18,022 nucleotides of DNA from an uncultured Janthinobacterium sp. (GTDB taxonomy: Bacteria; Vulcanimicrobiota; Vulcanimicrobiia; Vulcanimicrobiales; Vulcanimicrobiaceae). Positions 16,259 to 18,022 of this stretch are shown here, piece after piece. Both the position numbers and the translations under genes were made by a program. Positions within the stretch are counted from its first letter, which is position 1. Each line of letters starts with the position of its first letter. Where the stretch lies: contig CAZZXB010000056.1 in NCBI GenBank assembly GCA_964658025.1, positions 1 to 18,022 on the forward strand, in the 5' to 3' direction. The notes below the pieces were generated by a model. It ran no database searches, was not told the origin of the DNA, and saw only the letters and a program-made list of their open reading frames with translations.

Positions 16259-16350
16259 AAAGAGTCTCGCAATCGTTGGCAATCGCACGGTGGCGACGCC
16301 GAATCGCATTATCTGGCCCTTCGACCGTTCCCTCCGACGGAGGTTTTCGG

Positions 16351-16380
16351 TTGCACGGGCGCCGGAAGCCGTGATACACT
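16351..16380 (+). promoter_or_regulatory. sigma70/sigmaA-type promoter for rpmB
   Basis: TTGCAC (16351-16356), 18 nt, TACACT (16375-16380), with TGn extended -10. Confidence 0.6.
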
Positions 16381-16446
16381 CCGAAAGTTGCGCCGGGCTC
16401 CGTGCCCGTGACGCCCCTTGCGTTTACGAGGACGGGATAGATTTCG

Positions 16447-16638
16447 ATGGCCAAGCGCTGCGACGTATGTGGGAAAGGCCCGATGGCGGGCAACAACGTG
16501 AGCCACGCCATGAACAAGACGAAGCGTCGCTGGTTGCCGAACCTCCAGCCCGTCCGGGTCGAAGACCGCGGCACGCGGTTGACGATGAAGGTCTGCACGC
16601 AGTGCCTGCGCTCGCGCCGCGTGAAGCGCGCGGGCTAA
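16447..16638 (+). CDS. rpmB: 50S ribosomal protein L28 (CxxC...CxxC type)
   Basis: [34 protein letters not shown]...VCTQCLRS, a classic L28. Confidence 0.97.
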   Translation: MAKRCDVCGKGPMAGNNVSHAMNKTKRRWLPNLQPVRVEDRGTRLTMKVCTQCLRSRRVKRAG

Positions 16639-17033
16639 CCCTCCTCTTTCGGGCGACGCGCCTCGCGGCGCTCGCCTCGGCGCTCTCGGTCGTCGCCTTT
16701 GCGGGGTGCGCCCGCCCGGACCCGAATGCTCGGGCCGCGACCTTCGACGCGCGGGACGGCTCGGCGACGTACGCGTGGCTCCTCGCTCGCGAGCCCTCGG
16801 CGGTCGACGTCGCCGGCCGACCGGCGAACGATCTGCGCGCGGTCCTTCCGGACGCGCGGGTCCGGAGCGTCCCCGCGGACGATCCGCCGGCCGCATGCCG
16901 CGTCGCCGTCGCCGATCGCGCGCTGCTCGTCGTTTTCGACGTTCGCTCTCGCCCCGGACGTCGCGACGCGATCCTCGATTGCGGCCCCGCACTCCACGAA
17001 GACGCCGCGGCGATCGTCGTCGCCCCACGCTGA
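16602..17033 (+). CDS. putative lipoprotein of unknown function
   Basis: [17 protein letters not shown] lipobox-like signal followed by about 108 aa. The only nearby in-frame start is GTG 16602, inside rpmB, so the start is uncertain. Confidence 0.55.
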   Translation: MPALAPREARGLTLLFRATRLAALASALSVVAFAGCARPDPNARAATFDARDGSATYAWLLAREPSAVDVAGRPANDLRAVLPDARVRSVPADDPPAACRVAVADRALLVVFDVRSRPGRRDAILDCGPALHEDAAAIVVAPR

Positions 17034-17074
17034 ACCCGGCTCGGCCGAACCGCCTCGCGACGACCGAGAACGGT

Positions 17075-17707
17075 TTAGGCCGGGACGAAATCCGCGCGGA
17101 GGCGGTTCACGAACCACTCGATCCAGTCGGACGACCGCACGAACGGTAAGAGCGGTCCGCCCTCGAGCCGCTCGAGGACCATCCCGACCCACAGCGTCGA
17201 GCCGTCGGTATCGAACACGCGGATCCGCGAGCCGTAGTCGATCGGATACATCCGCGCGCGCGGATCGTCGTTCGCCCCTTGCGCGTCGGCGAAAAATCCG
17301 AGCGTCTCGGGTCGCACCTCGCCGTAGCCCCAGGATTGGCGCAACCCCGTCAGGCACCCCGAAAGGAAGCCGGTCTCGGGGAACGTGAAGCGGCCGTCGT
17401 TTTCGAGAACCGGAAGATTTTCGAGTTCGTCGTCGGCACGCGACACCGCGAAGTCGTGCGCCAGTTGGCGTTCCATGATGATCTTCGGATTGAGTTGGAG
17501 CGAGCGGCCGAGACGGACGGCCGCATCGACGTCGATCGGCGCCTCGCCCGCGAGCATGTTTTCCAAGCGCGTCGCGTCCATATGCATCTGCGCCGCGAGG
17601 GCGACCGCATCGAACCCGATCGGATCGAGATACTCGCGTTTGATGTCGGGGCCGGGATGCGGGGCCGCTTTTCGGCGACCGGAGATATCGGGCGCTGAAC
17701 TGATCAC
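17075..17707 (-). CDS. HigA-like XRE/HTH protein with ~120 aa extra C-terminal domain
   Basis: PHPGPDIKREYLDPIG...ALAAQM...LENMLAGEAPIDVDAAVRLGRSL...IMERQLAHD follows the HigA/VapI antitoxin pattern. The rest is unrecognised. Confidence 0.75.
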   Translation of the reverse strand: MISSAPDISGRRKAAPHPGPDIKREYLDPIGFDAVALAAQMHMDATRLENMLAGEAPIDVDAAVRLGRSLQLNPKIIMERQLAHDFAVSRADDELENLPVLENDGRFTFPETGFLSGCLTGLRQSWGYGEVRPETLGFFADAQGANDDPRARMYPIDYGSRIRVFDTDGSTLWVGMVLERLEGGPLLPFVRSSDWIEWFVNRLRADFVPA

Positions 17708-17737
17708 ACTTCGGTTTTCGGCCGCACGGGCGACCGG

Positions 17738-18022
17738 TTACACCGCGCCGCGCAAATGATCGAATCCGGCGGGGACGAGCGCCTCGAACGCCTCGGGCTC
17801 GGGCGACGCGATCCGCATCTCGGACCCTTCCTCGAGCGTCCCGATTCGGAGCAGCGGGCGACCGAAACGGCGCGCGAAGGCGCGAGAGAGGTGCTCGAAG
17901 GCGCGCGGTGCGACGGCGACGAGGAGTTCGAAATCCTCGCCGCCGTCGCGCGCGTACGCTGCCGGATCGTCCCCGGCCGCTCGGGCGACCGCCTCGGCGA
18001 CGGGATCGATCGGCACGCGATC
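17738..18022 (-). CDS. thiL: thiamine-monophosphate kinase, C-terminal part (truncated by window edge)
   Basis: GGEDFELL motif, RIG and terminal GFDH, typical of the ThiL C-terminus. Confidence 0.85.
   Translation of the reverse strand, partial: DRVPIDPVAEAVARAAGDDPAAYARDGGEDFELLVAVAPRAFEHLSRAFARRFGRPLLRIGTLEEGSEMRIASPEPEAFEALVPAGFDHLRGAV

Overview
High-GC (about 70% by eye) bacterial core-genome window with Bacillota-like gene order. A Terrabacteria lineage such as Ca. Eremiobacterota is my guess, not shown by the sequence. On the minus strand, right to left: partial thiL, an orphan HigA-like HTH protein with an extra C-terminal domain, and then a gap-free run of overlapping genes (plsX, hemW, PIN/TRAM yacL-like, ispD, ispF, a stand-alone GluRS anticodon-binding-like domain, cysE, cysS, rlmB, a LivJ/K-type binding protein). 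These are followed by a strongly conserved sigH, tRNAs Thr(TGT), Tyr(GTA), Gly(TCC), a small ORF, Thr(GGT), then tRNA-Arg(CCT) and rpmG. Plus-strand genes are rpmB with a putative lipoprotein, a divergent malate synthase, a small membrane protein and the most striking locus (476-2383): one ORF fusing a secreted two-domain multicopper oxidase, through a Met-rich linker, to a ZIP-family metal transporter. A DtxR/MntR-like palindrome precedes it and a CPXCG Cys-rich protein follows it. The second notable item is the catalytic-domain-less GluRS fragment sitting in the usual gltX slot. No CRISPR array, IS element, integrase or rRNA was seen. All calls come from motif recognition by eye; no searches were run.
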